Assembly: GCA_965222605.1 (NCBI GenBank) | Contig: OZ244960.1 | Span: 5,216,001-5,280,000 of the forward strand | Reading direction: 5' to 3' | DNA from: Candidatus Latescibacterota bacterium | GTDB taxonomy: Bacteria > Latescibacterota > UBA2968 | DNA: 64,000 nt | In this document: positions 1-8,512 of the stretch, piece by piece | Numbering within the stretch: position 1 is the first letter of the stretch | Layout: every line of letters begins with the position of its first letter | The notes under the pieces: generated by a model | The model's database searches: none | Told to the model about the DNA's origin: nothing | Seen by the model: only the letters and a program-made list of their open reading frames with translations | Made by a program: the position numbers and the translations under genes

Positions 1-678
1 GTTCCGCACCTCTTGCTCTTCTTCCTGGGCAGGGTACATAGTGATGTATTGCGCTACTCTCGGAAGATCGGCCGTATTTGGACTGCTTCCGTGAGGCAGC
101 GCACTGTGCCAGATAATAAGATCCCCCGCCCTGCCCGGAATCGGCCGCACGCCCAGGCTTTCGATATCCTGCTGCTGGGGATCGGCATCTGGCGGCAGGC
201 TCTTCAGCCACGCCTCGATCTTTCTGTGAAAGCCGGGCACACAGGAGAACGCCCCCTGGTTGGGGGCAGTATCTGTTAGATAGAGCACACCCTGTACCCA
301 AAATTCGATCGGCAAATCCAACGATGTATCCCAATGGAACCTGCCGGTGTATTTCCAGTCGTCCCGTTCCGGCGGATTTATACTGGCCCTATCGATGCTA
401 ACCCACAGCTTCTTCGTCCCAAAAATCTCGGCGAACGCCTGATAGACGCGGGGGTACTGGCGATTGTCCCAAAGAGCCTGATCCTGGTACATTTCGACCA
501 TAATACTCGCACGGGGAGGATTCGGGTACCAGCTTTCTGGATGATCGGGACTCATCCCCAGAAAATCCCAGACCTTTTGTTCGGCTGCCCTGACCTGATC
601 TGAGGGAACGGCATTGGGAATAACAACATAACCGTTCTCTTCCCAAAAGGTTCGGTTTTCTGTACTTAAAACGGACAT
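1..678 (-). CDS. Phytanoyl-CoA dioxygenase (PhyH) family Fe(II)/2-oxoglutarate dioxygenase, 3' end runs off the window
   Basis: Not in the ORF track. Manual translation from ATG at 678 (GAGGAG RBS): MSVLSTENRTFWEENGYVVIPNAV...FHWDTS...QGVLYLTDT..NQGAF..VPGFH...GDLIIWHSALPHGS. Shows HxD and distal His motifs and stays open to base 1. Confidence 0.88.
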   Translation of the reverse strand, partial: MSVLSTENRTFWEENGYVVIPNAVPSDQVRAAEQKVWDFLGMSPDHPESWYPNPPRASIMVEMYQDQALWDNRQYPRVYQAFAEIFGTKKLWVSIDRASINPPERDDWKYTGRFHWDTSLDLPIEFWVQGVLYLTDTAPNQGAFSCVPGFHRKIEAWLKSLPPDADPQQQDIESLGVRPIPGRAGDLIIWHSALPHGSSPNTADLPRVAQYITMYPAQEEEQEVRN

Positions 679-728
679 CTCCTCAATCTCCTTCGCTTTG
701 GCGGCCGACGACCATTCCGCCACAACCA

Positions 729-2102
729 TCAGACATCAGCAAATTCATACAGAAGTGCAACCGCCGACTTTTCGCATGCCCGCAGGCCCTCCACTTCGAA
801 ATACTCGTTAGGGGCGTGCAGCAACCAGCCGTGACCGAGTCCCGACATCACAAAGGGCAGGCTCAACGGGGGCTTGCTGAACAACACCTGCGGAGCCGTT
901 CCAGGTAATATAGGCACAACGCCAGGCTCGGCGTCTAACCTTTTGAGGGCTCTAACGGCGGCTTGCGCGATATGCTCTTTCGACGATGTCCTGGCCGGAT
1001 CGTATCCGGTCACAAATCTCAGTTCGATATCACCATACCCATGCCGGTCCAGATGGGCGCGTACCTTGTCCAGAATCTCCTGGACAGTCATATCCGGCAC
1101 CAGCCGGATGTCTATCTTGCACATCGCCGAAGCTGGCACAATCGCCTTGGGTCCAGGCCCAGTGTAGCCGGACAGAAAGCCGTCGATATTCAGGCCAGGC
1201 GCAAAAATCGCTTCTCTGACAAGGTCCAGGCCATCGAGCCCTTCACGGAATTCCGTAATACCGTACATCTCTTTGAAGGCGCTGGGACCCCAGATATCGA
1301 GCAGGTCGGTGAGCATGCGCTCATCCTCCTCGGTGGGAGGTTGCACATTCTCATAAAAGCCATCAATCGCGATTCGGTCGTCGGCTCCGCGCATAGAATG
1401 AAGCGCCCAGATCAACCGCCACACCGAGCTGTTGACCACGGGTCCGACCATGGAATGCGCATCGGTCGGCAGTGTTTTGACCACCAACTCAAAGTAAGCA
1501 ATGCCTTTGAAACCCAGACTTACCTGCGGATGGCCTTTAACGGTCTCCAATGGAAGATGGTAGTACATTGCATCGGCCGTCTTCAACTCATCTGTGTACT
1601 GCTCAATAAACTGAGGCAGGTGCCGACTGCCCAATTCCTCCTCGCCGTCTATGAGGAAAATGAGATTGACGGGCACATCACCCGTGACGGCCTGAATGGA
1701 GTGGACGGCGTGAATAAAAGCCATCAGCGGTCCCTTGGTGTTTATGGCGCCCCGGGCAATGATACGGCCATCCACAATCCTGGCCTCAAAGGGCGGCGAA
1801 TCCCAGGCCTCCAGCGGATCTACCGGTTGGACGTCATACATGCCATAGACCAGAAGGGTACGATCGCTGTTCCTGGACGTCAAGCGGCCGTACACGACGG
1901 GATGACCGCCTTTCAGAGGAACCAGCCTCGCGTCTGCACCCAGGTCTCGCAGCATCTCTGCGGTCATCTCGGCACACTCTTGTATCCCCAAGTTCTCCGT
2001 TGAGATGCTGGGTTGGCGAAGATAGCGTTGCGTAGCTGCCAGATGATCGTCGAAATGTTGATCAACATATTCGAAAATCTGTTGAAGTGTATCCTCTACC
2101 AT
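729..2102 (-). CDS. M20/M25/M40 family metallo-hydrolase (ArgE/DapE-like dipeptidase)
   Basis: YGMYDVQP, ARGAINTKG, DGEEELGS and HAPNE motifs; some metal ligands look substituted (M for H, NT for DD). Confidence 0.85.
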   Translation of the reverse strand: MVEDTLQQIFEYVDQHFDDHLAATQRYLRQPSISTENLGIQECAEMTAEMLRDLGADARLVPLKGGHPVVYGRLTSRNSDRTLLVYGMYDVQPVDPLEAWDSPPFEARIVDGRIIARGAINTKGPLMAFIHAVHSIQAVTGDVPVNLIFLIDGEEELGSRHLPQFIEQYTDELKTADAMYYHLPLETVKGHPQVSLGFKGIAYFELVVKTLPTDAHSMVGPVVNSSVWRLIWALHSMRGADDRIAIDGFYENVQPPTEEDERMLTDLLDIWGPSAFKEMYGITEFREGLDGLDLVREAIFAPGLNIDGFLSGYTGPGPKAIVPASAMCKIDIRLVPDMTVQEILDKVRAHLDRHGYGDIELRFVTGYDPARTSSKEHIAQAAVRALKRLDAEPGVVPILPGTAPQVLFSKPPLSLPFVMSGLGHGWLLHAPNEYFEVEGLRACEKSAVALLYEFADV

Positions 2103-2124
2103 TTTAACGCCCTCCTGATCAAAT

Positions 2125-2952
2125 CTACGGATACATCTTGTCCCCTAACGCATGCTCTGTCGGCAGGTAATCGCATGTCCCCCGGCCGCCATCCACCAGG
2201 ATAACCTCGCCGGTGATAAAGCGCGCGGCCGAGGATGACAAAAATACAACGATCCCGGCGACATCCTCCGGTTCTCCGATGTGCCCGAGGGCAACGCGCT
2301 CGGCCTGTGCCTTTTCAGCGCCGGGCGTGAGCGTATCGCCCCAAATGTCGGTCCGAATCGCACCGGGTGCCACGGCGTTGACCGTAATTCCATACTGCCC
2401 CAGATCTCGGGCACAGCACCGGGTAAAGGCCTCCATCGCACCCTTGGAGGCGCTGTAGGCAGCCCTCGCAATCCAGCCCAGGCGGGCGTTGAGCGAACTG
2501 ATGTTGATGATCCGTCCACCGCCCCCGGCATCAATCATAACTTGAGCCGCGATTTGCGTACAGAGAAAGCACCCCCGAGCATTCACCGCAAAAATCCGTT
2601 CCCAATCGGCATCGGTCGTATCGAGAACAGAAACGGCGACATCAATACCGGCGTTATTGACCAGAATATCGACACCGCCAAAACGTTGAACCGCTGCCTG
2701 GATCATCGCCTCCACCGCTGTGCGATCCGACACATCGGCCTGGATCGCCATAGCCTGTCCTCCATCCCGTTCAATCTCACCGACCACGCTCGCGGCCGCC
2801 GAGGCATTGGCGGTATAGTTGACGGCGACCGCCGCCCCCTGACGTGCCAACTCGCGGGCGATCGCCCGGCCGATGCCCCGGCCCCCGCCCGTCACGACCG
2901 CAACGCGATCTTTTAGGCCTTGAAGAGGGGATGGTTGTATATCGTTCTCCAT
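2125..2952 (-). CDS. SDR family NAD(P)-dependent oxidoreductase (FabG-like)
   Basis: TGGGRGIG, NNAG, YSASK, VNAVAPG. Confidence 0.92.
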   Translation of the reverse strand: MENDIQPSPLQGLKDRVAVVTGGGRGIGRAIARELARQGAAVAVNYTANASAAASVVGEIERDGGQAMAIQADVSDRTAVEAMIQAAVQRFGGVDILVNNAGIDVAVSVLDTTDADWERIFAVNARGCFLCTQIAAQVMIDAGGGGRIINISSLNARLGWIARAAYSASKGAMEAFTRCCARDLGQYGITVNAVAPGAIRTDIWGDTLTPGAEKAQAERVALGHIGEPEDVAGIVVFLSSSAARFITGEVILVDGGRGTCDYLPTEHALGDKMYP

Positions 2953-3000
2953 AATTCCGGCCTCCAGGACAATTTCTGAAAAACGGGCAAAACCGGCTCC

Positions 3001-4197
3001 TCAAAGCTCCGCACTCGACGCTTCCCCGTAGGGCAATGGATAGAGCGATTTCATCTCATCGTGCCGATCCGCAATTTGTGGGATGGAGATCGGCCGATGC
3101 GCCACCTTCGACTCTTTGACCGCAACTGCTCCGGCACATGTGCGCGCCGCTTCATAGACATTGATTTCCGACATGCAATCGTTCTCGATCGAGTGGATCA
3201 GGTCCATCCAACTGAAGAACTCCACACCGCCATGCCCCACCTTCCGGACCATCTCCCCGGTGATCCACTCCGGTATTGGAACCGGCGGCACCTCAATCGG
3301 ACGCATCTCGTAAGGCCCGGTATAAGGCTTGGGTCCGGCGCCGTCCTCCACCAGACATCCGTAAAGCCCCGTACTGTCCGGGGGCACAGGCAGATACCCC
3401 GTAGATTCGATCGTGCCCTTTGTCCCCCACACCGATTTTGTAATTTCCTTGTAGGGACGCCTCGCTGCCTTTGAACACTGGACCCGTGCAATCGCCCCAG
3501 AGGCCGTCCGAAACAGAGCCACATCGTGGTCGTCCACGTTCCGACTGGGCAGATTCTTGCGATTGCCGTAGGCGAAAACCTCTGTGAAGTCCTCTCCCAG
3601 AAACCATCGGGCCGTATCTACAGCATAGATGCCGGCTCCGGCAGACACAGATTCCTGTGCCTTCACCCCGTAGCCCATCCGAAAACCCTCTTTTTTCATG
3701 AGCCCGCCTCCGCCTTGCTGCCGAATATCCTGTAAATATTCGCAGATTACGTAATAGATCTCTCCCACCTGGCCATCGTCGATCAACTGCTTCATCTTTA
3801 CAGACTCCGGGATCCATCGGTCCGGACAGTCCATCTGGACCTTCAGATGTCGGCGTTCGGCCATCGTGATAATTTTCCAGAGCCGTTCCATGGACTCATT
3901 TTCCATCGGCGTCTCAACCATCACATGCTTGCCGGCATCCAGTGCTGCCAGCACCATCTGCCCGTGGATATGACAGGGCGAACAGATACACAGAATGTCC
4001 AGGTCCGGGTCCGAAAGCAAGTCCGCGTAATGCGTGGTTGTCTTGCCTATATCCAATTCCCCAGCCGTGTTCTGCAGCCGCACCTCGTTCACATCACAGA
4101 TCACAGTGCACTCGGTCTGCTCAAGGTATTCGTGGGTTAGGCGAACGTGGCTTCCCCCGTGACCGAGCCCGACCACACCGACCTTGTAAGTCTTCAT
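3001..4197 (-). CDS. Gfo/Idh/MocA family oxidoreductase
   Basis: Start re-set to MKTYKVGVVGLGHG (ATG 4197); Rossmann N-terminus, AGKHVMVETP, C-terminal GHGG motif. Confidence 0.88.
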   Translation of the reverse strand: MKTYKVGVVGLGHGGSHVRLTHEYLEQTECTVICDVNEVRLQNTAGELDIGKTTTHYADLLSDPDLDILCICSPCHIHGQMVLAALDAGKHVMVETPMENESMERLWKIITMAERRHLKVQMDCPDRWIPESVKMKQLIDDGQVGEIYYVICEYLQDIRQQGGGGLMKKEGFRMGYGVKAQESVSAGAGIYAVDTARWFLGEDFTEVFAYGNRKNLPSRNVDDHDVALFRTASGAIARVQCSKAARRPYKEITKSVWGTKGTIESTGYLPVPPDSTGLYGCLVEDGAGPKPYTGPYEMRPIEVPPVPIPEWITGEMVRKVGHGGVEFFSWMDLIHSIENDCMSEINVYEAARTCAGAVAVKESKVAHRPISIPQIADRHDEMKSLYPLPYGEASSAEL

Positions 4198-4229
4198 TTC
4201 CAGCCCCCCACTTTTAAATAGTTTATAGG

Positions 4230-5015
4230 CTACACCTTTTCCAGTTCCAGGATCATCCCCGTGCCCTCGACACGCGTGTAAGCGTAAGACACCCCCTTGG
4301 GATGGTAGATCGTCGCCGGAGAGGCACCCTGCACGCATCCCTGCTCGGACTGGATCTCCACCTTCAGCGTCTTCTTTGGCGCTCCGATCAGCAGACTTGC
4401 CCCATCCGCCACCGGGCGATGGGATTTGAACTGATTTGCGGCCAGTTGGTCCGCGACGACCTGGTAGATCCTCAAAAGGATGCCGGGTTGTGCGAACCGG
4501 CTGTCGATGAATGACCATCGCTGAACCTCACCCTGCCCATCCATCCTCTCTGCGGCCTTGTAAACGTCCTCCACGGCCGGGGCCGGGATCCGCGAGGTAT
4601 CCACCTCTCCCGGACCGGCCAGCGATGCCTCGTAATCTCCCCGCAGGTTGACGTGAAAAGACCAGCCACTGCCGTCCACCAGTCTATAGTGATGCAGTGT
4701 GTACTGCGGAATCATCACCACCGCCGGGGCGTGTACATCAAACGTCCTTCCCTCAATCGTCACCGTGCTGCGAAGCCCGGACAGGTCCTCCCTGTCACCC
4801 AGAAACACGTAGAAGGTATTGCAATTGTGCCGGTGGTCCTCCAGCCATTCCGGCTGGTCTATCGGGACATCGTCCACCCGCCGCCCCACAACGTAGAGCA
4901 CGCTCTGCGGATAGACCTGTCTCCCGACGAACACAAACCGCCTCCCGGGTGCCAGATCGCTGTGGTAGGGCACCTCCGATGTGCGGCGTTCCTGCGGTGC
5001 AATCAAAACAGACAA
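4230..5015 (-). CDS. Hypothetical protein, probable two-domain cupin
   Basis: EDHRHNCNTFYVFLG and APAVVMIPQYTLHHY resemble cupin motifs 1 and 2; a degenerate repeat (SHRP...SPATIYHPKG) in the C-terminal half. Confidence 0.55.
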   Translation of the reverse strand: MSVLIAPQERRTSEVPYHSDLAPGRRFVFVGRQVYPQSVLYVVGRRVDDVPIDQPEWLEDHRHNCNTFYVFLGDREDLSGLRSTVTIEGRTFDVHAPAVVMIPQYTLHHYRLVDGSGWSFHVNLRGDYEASLAGPGEVDTSRIPAPAVEDVYKAAERMDGQGEVQRWSFIDSRFAQPGILLRIYQVVADQLAANQFKSHRPVADGASLLIGAPKKTLKVEIQSEQGCVQGASPATIYHPKGVSYAYTRVEGTGMILELEKV

Positions 5016-5169
5016 ATGAATCCCTAAAAAAAACAGGTGTCCCTTGGATATCCGTTTAATTCAAGAATACGGTCAAGGACCACCAGGTAAAAAATGAGGA
5101 CAAAAGACAGGAAGAAGAAAACGTGAGGGAAATAGCTGAGAGTGAAACACGAGAACAGTCCACAAAATC

Positions 5170-5207
5170 AACGCCGGGGGCGCGGGATAGTCCAAGCCCC
5201 CGGCGTT
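5170..5207 (-). terminator. Hairpin downstream of the PorV-like gene
   Basis: AACGCCGGGGGC / GCCCCCGGCGTT 12-bp stem, followed by GATTTTGT on the minus strand. Confidence 0.65.
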
Positions 5208-5228
5208 CGGCATACCGTTACAGACGCC

Positions 5229-6167
5229 TCAGAACGTTCCGTTCACCGTGAACCTCAAAGGTGCGTTGAAGAAATCACTATGGGTGTAAGCGATGTCCAC
5301 ACTTAGCGACGCGGTGCCAAAAGTCCGCTTGAGTCCGGCGCCGATGCTGAAATCCTCGGCGTCGTAATTCCACTTGTACCCCCCTCTCAGCGCCAGTGTA
5401 TTGGCCAACCACAGCTCAGCGCCCAGGTGGACGCGTCCTTCGTAATCGATCGCAAATACGTTCTCCGCTGAAAGCGTCAGGTAAGTGGGATCTCCCACCT
5501 TTCCGACCACCTCCATAGCCCCGGCGATCGTGTAAACCACCGGCATAAAAGCGCTCTCTGCAATAACGGTGTTGTCCTGTCCGAAATTCTTCAGGGTCAT
5601 CGCCAACCGGGAGTTCCGGAAGCCAGTGTAGAAAAGCGTACCGACGCTGGCGTCAAAAGTAGTGTTCGAATCTTCGAACAGGGACTCTTGAAGGTACCTG
5701 AAGTTCGCGCCGAAAGAGAGCCGATCGGTGAACTGGTAGGCATAGGCAACGCCGATTGCGAAGTCGTCCCCCTCTACCATCTTGCCGGTGCCTGTGGGTT
5801 CGAAAATGGTCGTCTCTTCAAACGGCTTCGTCTGGAACGACACCATGCTGACCCCTAAGACCGAAGCACCGAAACGATAGGCCACAGCGCCCGAGTAGAG
5901 TTTTGAATCGGCAAACCAGCGATTGTAAGAAAAGGTATATGCAGCCCTCTCGATGTGGGTCAGACCGGCCGGATTCCAGAAGATGCTATTGATATCGTTA
6001 GAAATGGCCATATACGCAGATCCCATCGCCACAGGGCGAGCCGATTGGCCAATCTTTACAAAGTTGAACCCGGTCGTACCCAGTTTCTTGAAGATGGCCT
6101 CTGCATCCACGGCCAGAAGCGGCCCCATCAGTGCGGCCAAAGTGGCTATCCACAGAATTCGTCTCAT
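5229..6167 (-). CDS. PorV/PorQ family (FadL-like) outer-membrane beta-barrel
   Basis: Signal peptide; GTTGFNFVKIGQSARPVAMG...IFWNPAGL signature; LALRGGY; C-terminal Phe; GGAGG RBS 7 nt before ATG 6167. Confidence 0.85.
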   Translation of the reverse strand: MRRILWIATLAALMGPLLAVDAEAIFKKLGTTGFNFVKIGQSARPVAMGSAYMAISNDINSIFWNPAGLTHIERAAYTFSYNRWFADSKLYSGAVAYRFGASVLGVSMVSFQTKPFEETTIFEPTGTGKMVEGDDFAIGVAYAYQFTDRLSFGANFRYLQESLFEDSNTTFDASVGTLFYTGFRNSRLAMTLKNFGQDNTVIAESAFMPVVYTIAGAMEVVGKVGDPTYLTLSAENVFAIDYEGRVHLGAELWLANTLALRGGYKWNYDAEDFSIGAGLKRTFGTASLSVDIAYTHSDFFNAPLRFTVNGTF

Positions 6168-6195
6168 TCTCATGCCTCCTTTCATGGTCGCACGG

Positions 6196-8412
6196 TTATT
6201 TGACAATCATAAAGGTTCCGGTCTTCTTCTCACCCTCGCTCCCCGGCATCAGCGACTCCACCACGAAGAAGTACTTTCCCGTCGAGACCTTCGACGCGAA
6301 ATTCAGCACCACCTGATTCCAACTCGTCTCCCCCCGAACCGGAGACCTTGTCCGCACCGGGTTGTCCACCACCGCGACCAGATCTCCAGAGACGGTAAAG
6401 ATCGAGATCTTGCACCTTCTGGGTACATTTACAAACCGGATCTCTTCGCTACCGCCCGGGTAGCGGTGGATATCGTCGAGTCTGAACGGGTTGGGTACCA
6501 CAATCACCGGATCTTCGAATCGGTCTTTCTTATCGGAGGCCACCACAAACGGTATGCTTCGCAGGTGCGTCCTCGTTTCGGGCGCGCCGTGTCCGCTCTC
6601 CAGGGAAGGGATCGCCATCCCTGTGCCGTTCCAGTCGGCGTGCCCAGAGTCGTAACTCCGGACGGAATACCAGTAGCTGAACCCCGCCAGCGAGGCGGCA
6701 TCCTTGTAGCTATGCGTGCCAGTCGGGATATCTACCAGAAGCTCCCATGGCCCCATAGACGTGTGCTCCGAACGGTAGATCCGGTAGCCGGCCACATCCT
6801 TCGCCTCGGAGGTCCCCGCATAGTCGGGATCTTCGGCAGCCTCTACATCGGCAGACCAGGACAGCAGGTTGTTTCCGTCCTCATCGCTCTCTACCGTGAA
6901 TCTGATGTCGGGCGGTGCGTCCGGGATATCGTAGTTGTTGGCGTAGGCAAACCGGGCCCGATCCAGGTGCTGGGCCAGTGCCCGTTCGCCGTCGGACACC
7001 TGAGCCTGGGCACCCGACTGTCTGCTCCACCCAAAAATGTCCACCGTCCCCCCTGAGCTTGCAAATTCGGCCCCGGTGCCAGCCACCCAGGCCACCACGA
7101 TTTTGGCCTTATCGCCGGGCCCCAGATCGTAGGGTCCATAGGTCTGGGCGAAGCCCATGGTCATAAGCTCTGTGGGGTTGTCCTGGGGGTGCTTCGGCGA
7201 GATGGGGCGCGTCCCCTGCCCGGTCATATCCAGGTAGATCTGCTCGTCGGACATAGGATGCTCCGGCGTATCGATGTCGTCCAGGCTGCGGATCTGCCAC
7301 CAGAAGGGGTAGGCCGGCTGGTCGGGATTCTTTGGTGCCACATAGACCTCGTCGTCCTGGGCGAACCCGTCGGTCGGATCGGCGTCTAACAGGGCCAGCC
7401 CGATATACTGAAATGCCCGGAGTTGCCCTTCCACGATGAGGCCGGAGTTTCGGACATTGCCCGGGGCCTCAGCCAGCCGGGCAGGCTCTCCCGTGTCATC
7501 GGTCTGGTCAAAGGGGTAGTCGCCGTCATAGACGTACTGGATCTTTTTTCCCCTCAGATCCGCGTGGCCGTCGAAATTGGGCGCTTCGCTGTATTTGAAC
7601 CAGTCGTCCTGCACCCGGGTGTCCACACCCTCCCAGCCGCTGGTCCAGCCCGTCCACATGTGTCCCGCCCGAGAGATTCTGGGCAGATTGAAAAATGAAA
7701 GGTAGGTATCGTTCAACTGCTTCGTCCCGGTATTCTCCAGAATGACCTCTTGAATGATGAAGTCGTCGTAGTCCGGGTAGCCCCACGCCTTGGCCTTTCG
7801 AGTCACGACGATTCCCGTTTCGGTGCCCCACTGCGTAATCAGGATTTCCTCGGGTTGGGTGTTGTTGGGAATGTACCGGTTGTAATCGAAGTTGTGGATT
7901 TCAGTCACATCGTTGACCACTGGCGGTGCCCCCGGCCAGTAGTTGGCTGTCACCGCTCCAGTTGCCGGGGAGACCGTCCGCACCCCCAGGTCTTTCTCTG
8001 GACCGGCGGAGGCATCGTAGGTCATCGGCATGATATCCTCTGTGACGATCCGGGGGTTGGACATCGACACATTGTAGAAGCCGCTCTCGTCCTTTGTCAG
8101 CACATAGATTCCCTCTCCCTGGCTGGTGTGGGTCGAACGGTCCGCAAAGTCGATGCTCTCCTTAACCGCCCAATGGTCTTCAAAGTCTCCCTCCAAAATG
8201 GGAGCACCGGGGTACATCAGGCCCGCGTCCCACAGCCTCGCCCAGCTCCTGGTCATGCCCTCGGTCTTACCCTGGATGCCGTTGCTGCGATAGCCCGACC
8301 AGAGCAGCCCCCGGGTCAGGTTCCGCATCGGCGCAGCCTGGGCCCAAAGGCTACACGGCAGGAACAACAGCGATAGCACCACAGGCCAGAAGCCTATTCT
8401 CACTATTCGCAT
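6196..8412 (-). CDS. Secreted protein with FN3-like domain and T9SS type-A-like C-terminal sorting domain
   Basis: Signal peptide; LSWS...VAGYRIYRS...YWYSVRSYD (FN3-like); C-terminus VVPNPF..IRFVNVP..CKISIFTVSGDLV..WN..VSTGKYFFVVE..TGTFMIVK. Confidence 0.8.
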   Translation of the reverse strand: MRIVRIGFWPVVLSLLFLPCSLWAQAAPMRNLTRGLLWSGYRSNGIQGKTEGMTRSWARLWDAGLMYPGAPILEGDFEDHWAVKESIDFADRSTHTSQGEGIYVLTKDESGFYNVSMSNPRIVTEDIMPMTYDASAGPEKDLGVRTVSPATGAVTANYWPGAPPVVNDVTEIHNFDYNRYIPNNTQPEEILITQWGTETGIVVTRKAKAWGYPDYDDFIIQEVILENTGTKQLNDTYLSFFNLPRISRAGHMWTGWTSGWEGVDTRVQDDWFKYSEAPNFDGHADLRGKKIQYVYDGDYPFDQTDDTGEPARLAEAPGNVRNSGLIVEGQLRAFQYIGLALLDADPTDGFAQDDEVYVAPKNPDQPAYPFWWQIRSLDDIDTPEHPMSDEQIYLDMTGQGTRPISPKHPQDNPTELMTMGFAQTYGPYDLGPGDKAKIVVAWVAGTGAEFASSGGTVDIFGWSRQSGAQAQVSDGERALAQHLDRARFAYANNYDIPDAPPDIRFTVESDEDGNNLLSWSADVEAAEDPDYAGTSEAKDVAGYRIYRSEHTSMGPWELLVDIPTGTHSYKDAASLAGFSYWYSVRSYDSGHADWNGTGMAIPSLESGHGAPETRTHLRSIPFVVASDKKDRFEDPVIVVPNPFRLDDIHRYPGGSEEIRFVNVPRRCKISIFTVSGDLVAVVDNPVRTRSPVRGETSWNQVVLNFASKVSTGKYFFVVESLMPGSEGEKKTGTFMIVK

Positions 8413-8512
8413 CTTGAAACCTCCTTGTGATAATGAAGGAGCGCCTGGGATTGGGCCACAGCCTGTGTCCGATTCAATCCCAAGCCCTGGATATAAAAAT
8501 AGAGTTGACCTG

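Noticed and set aside
3001-4518. 505-aa version of the Gfo ORF (similarly extended starts at 13640, 20543, 45359, 36691)
   Set aside because: The extensions overlap neighbouring genes or promoter regions; internal ATGs coincide with the family N-terminus.
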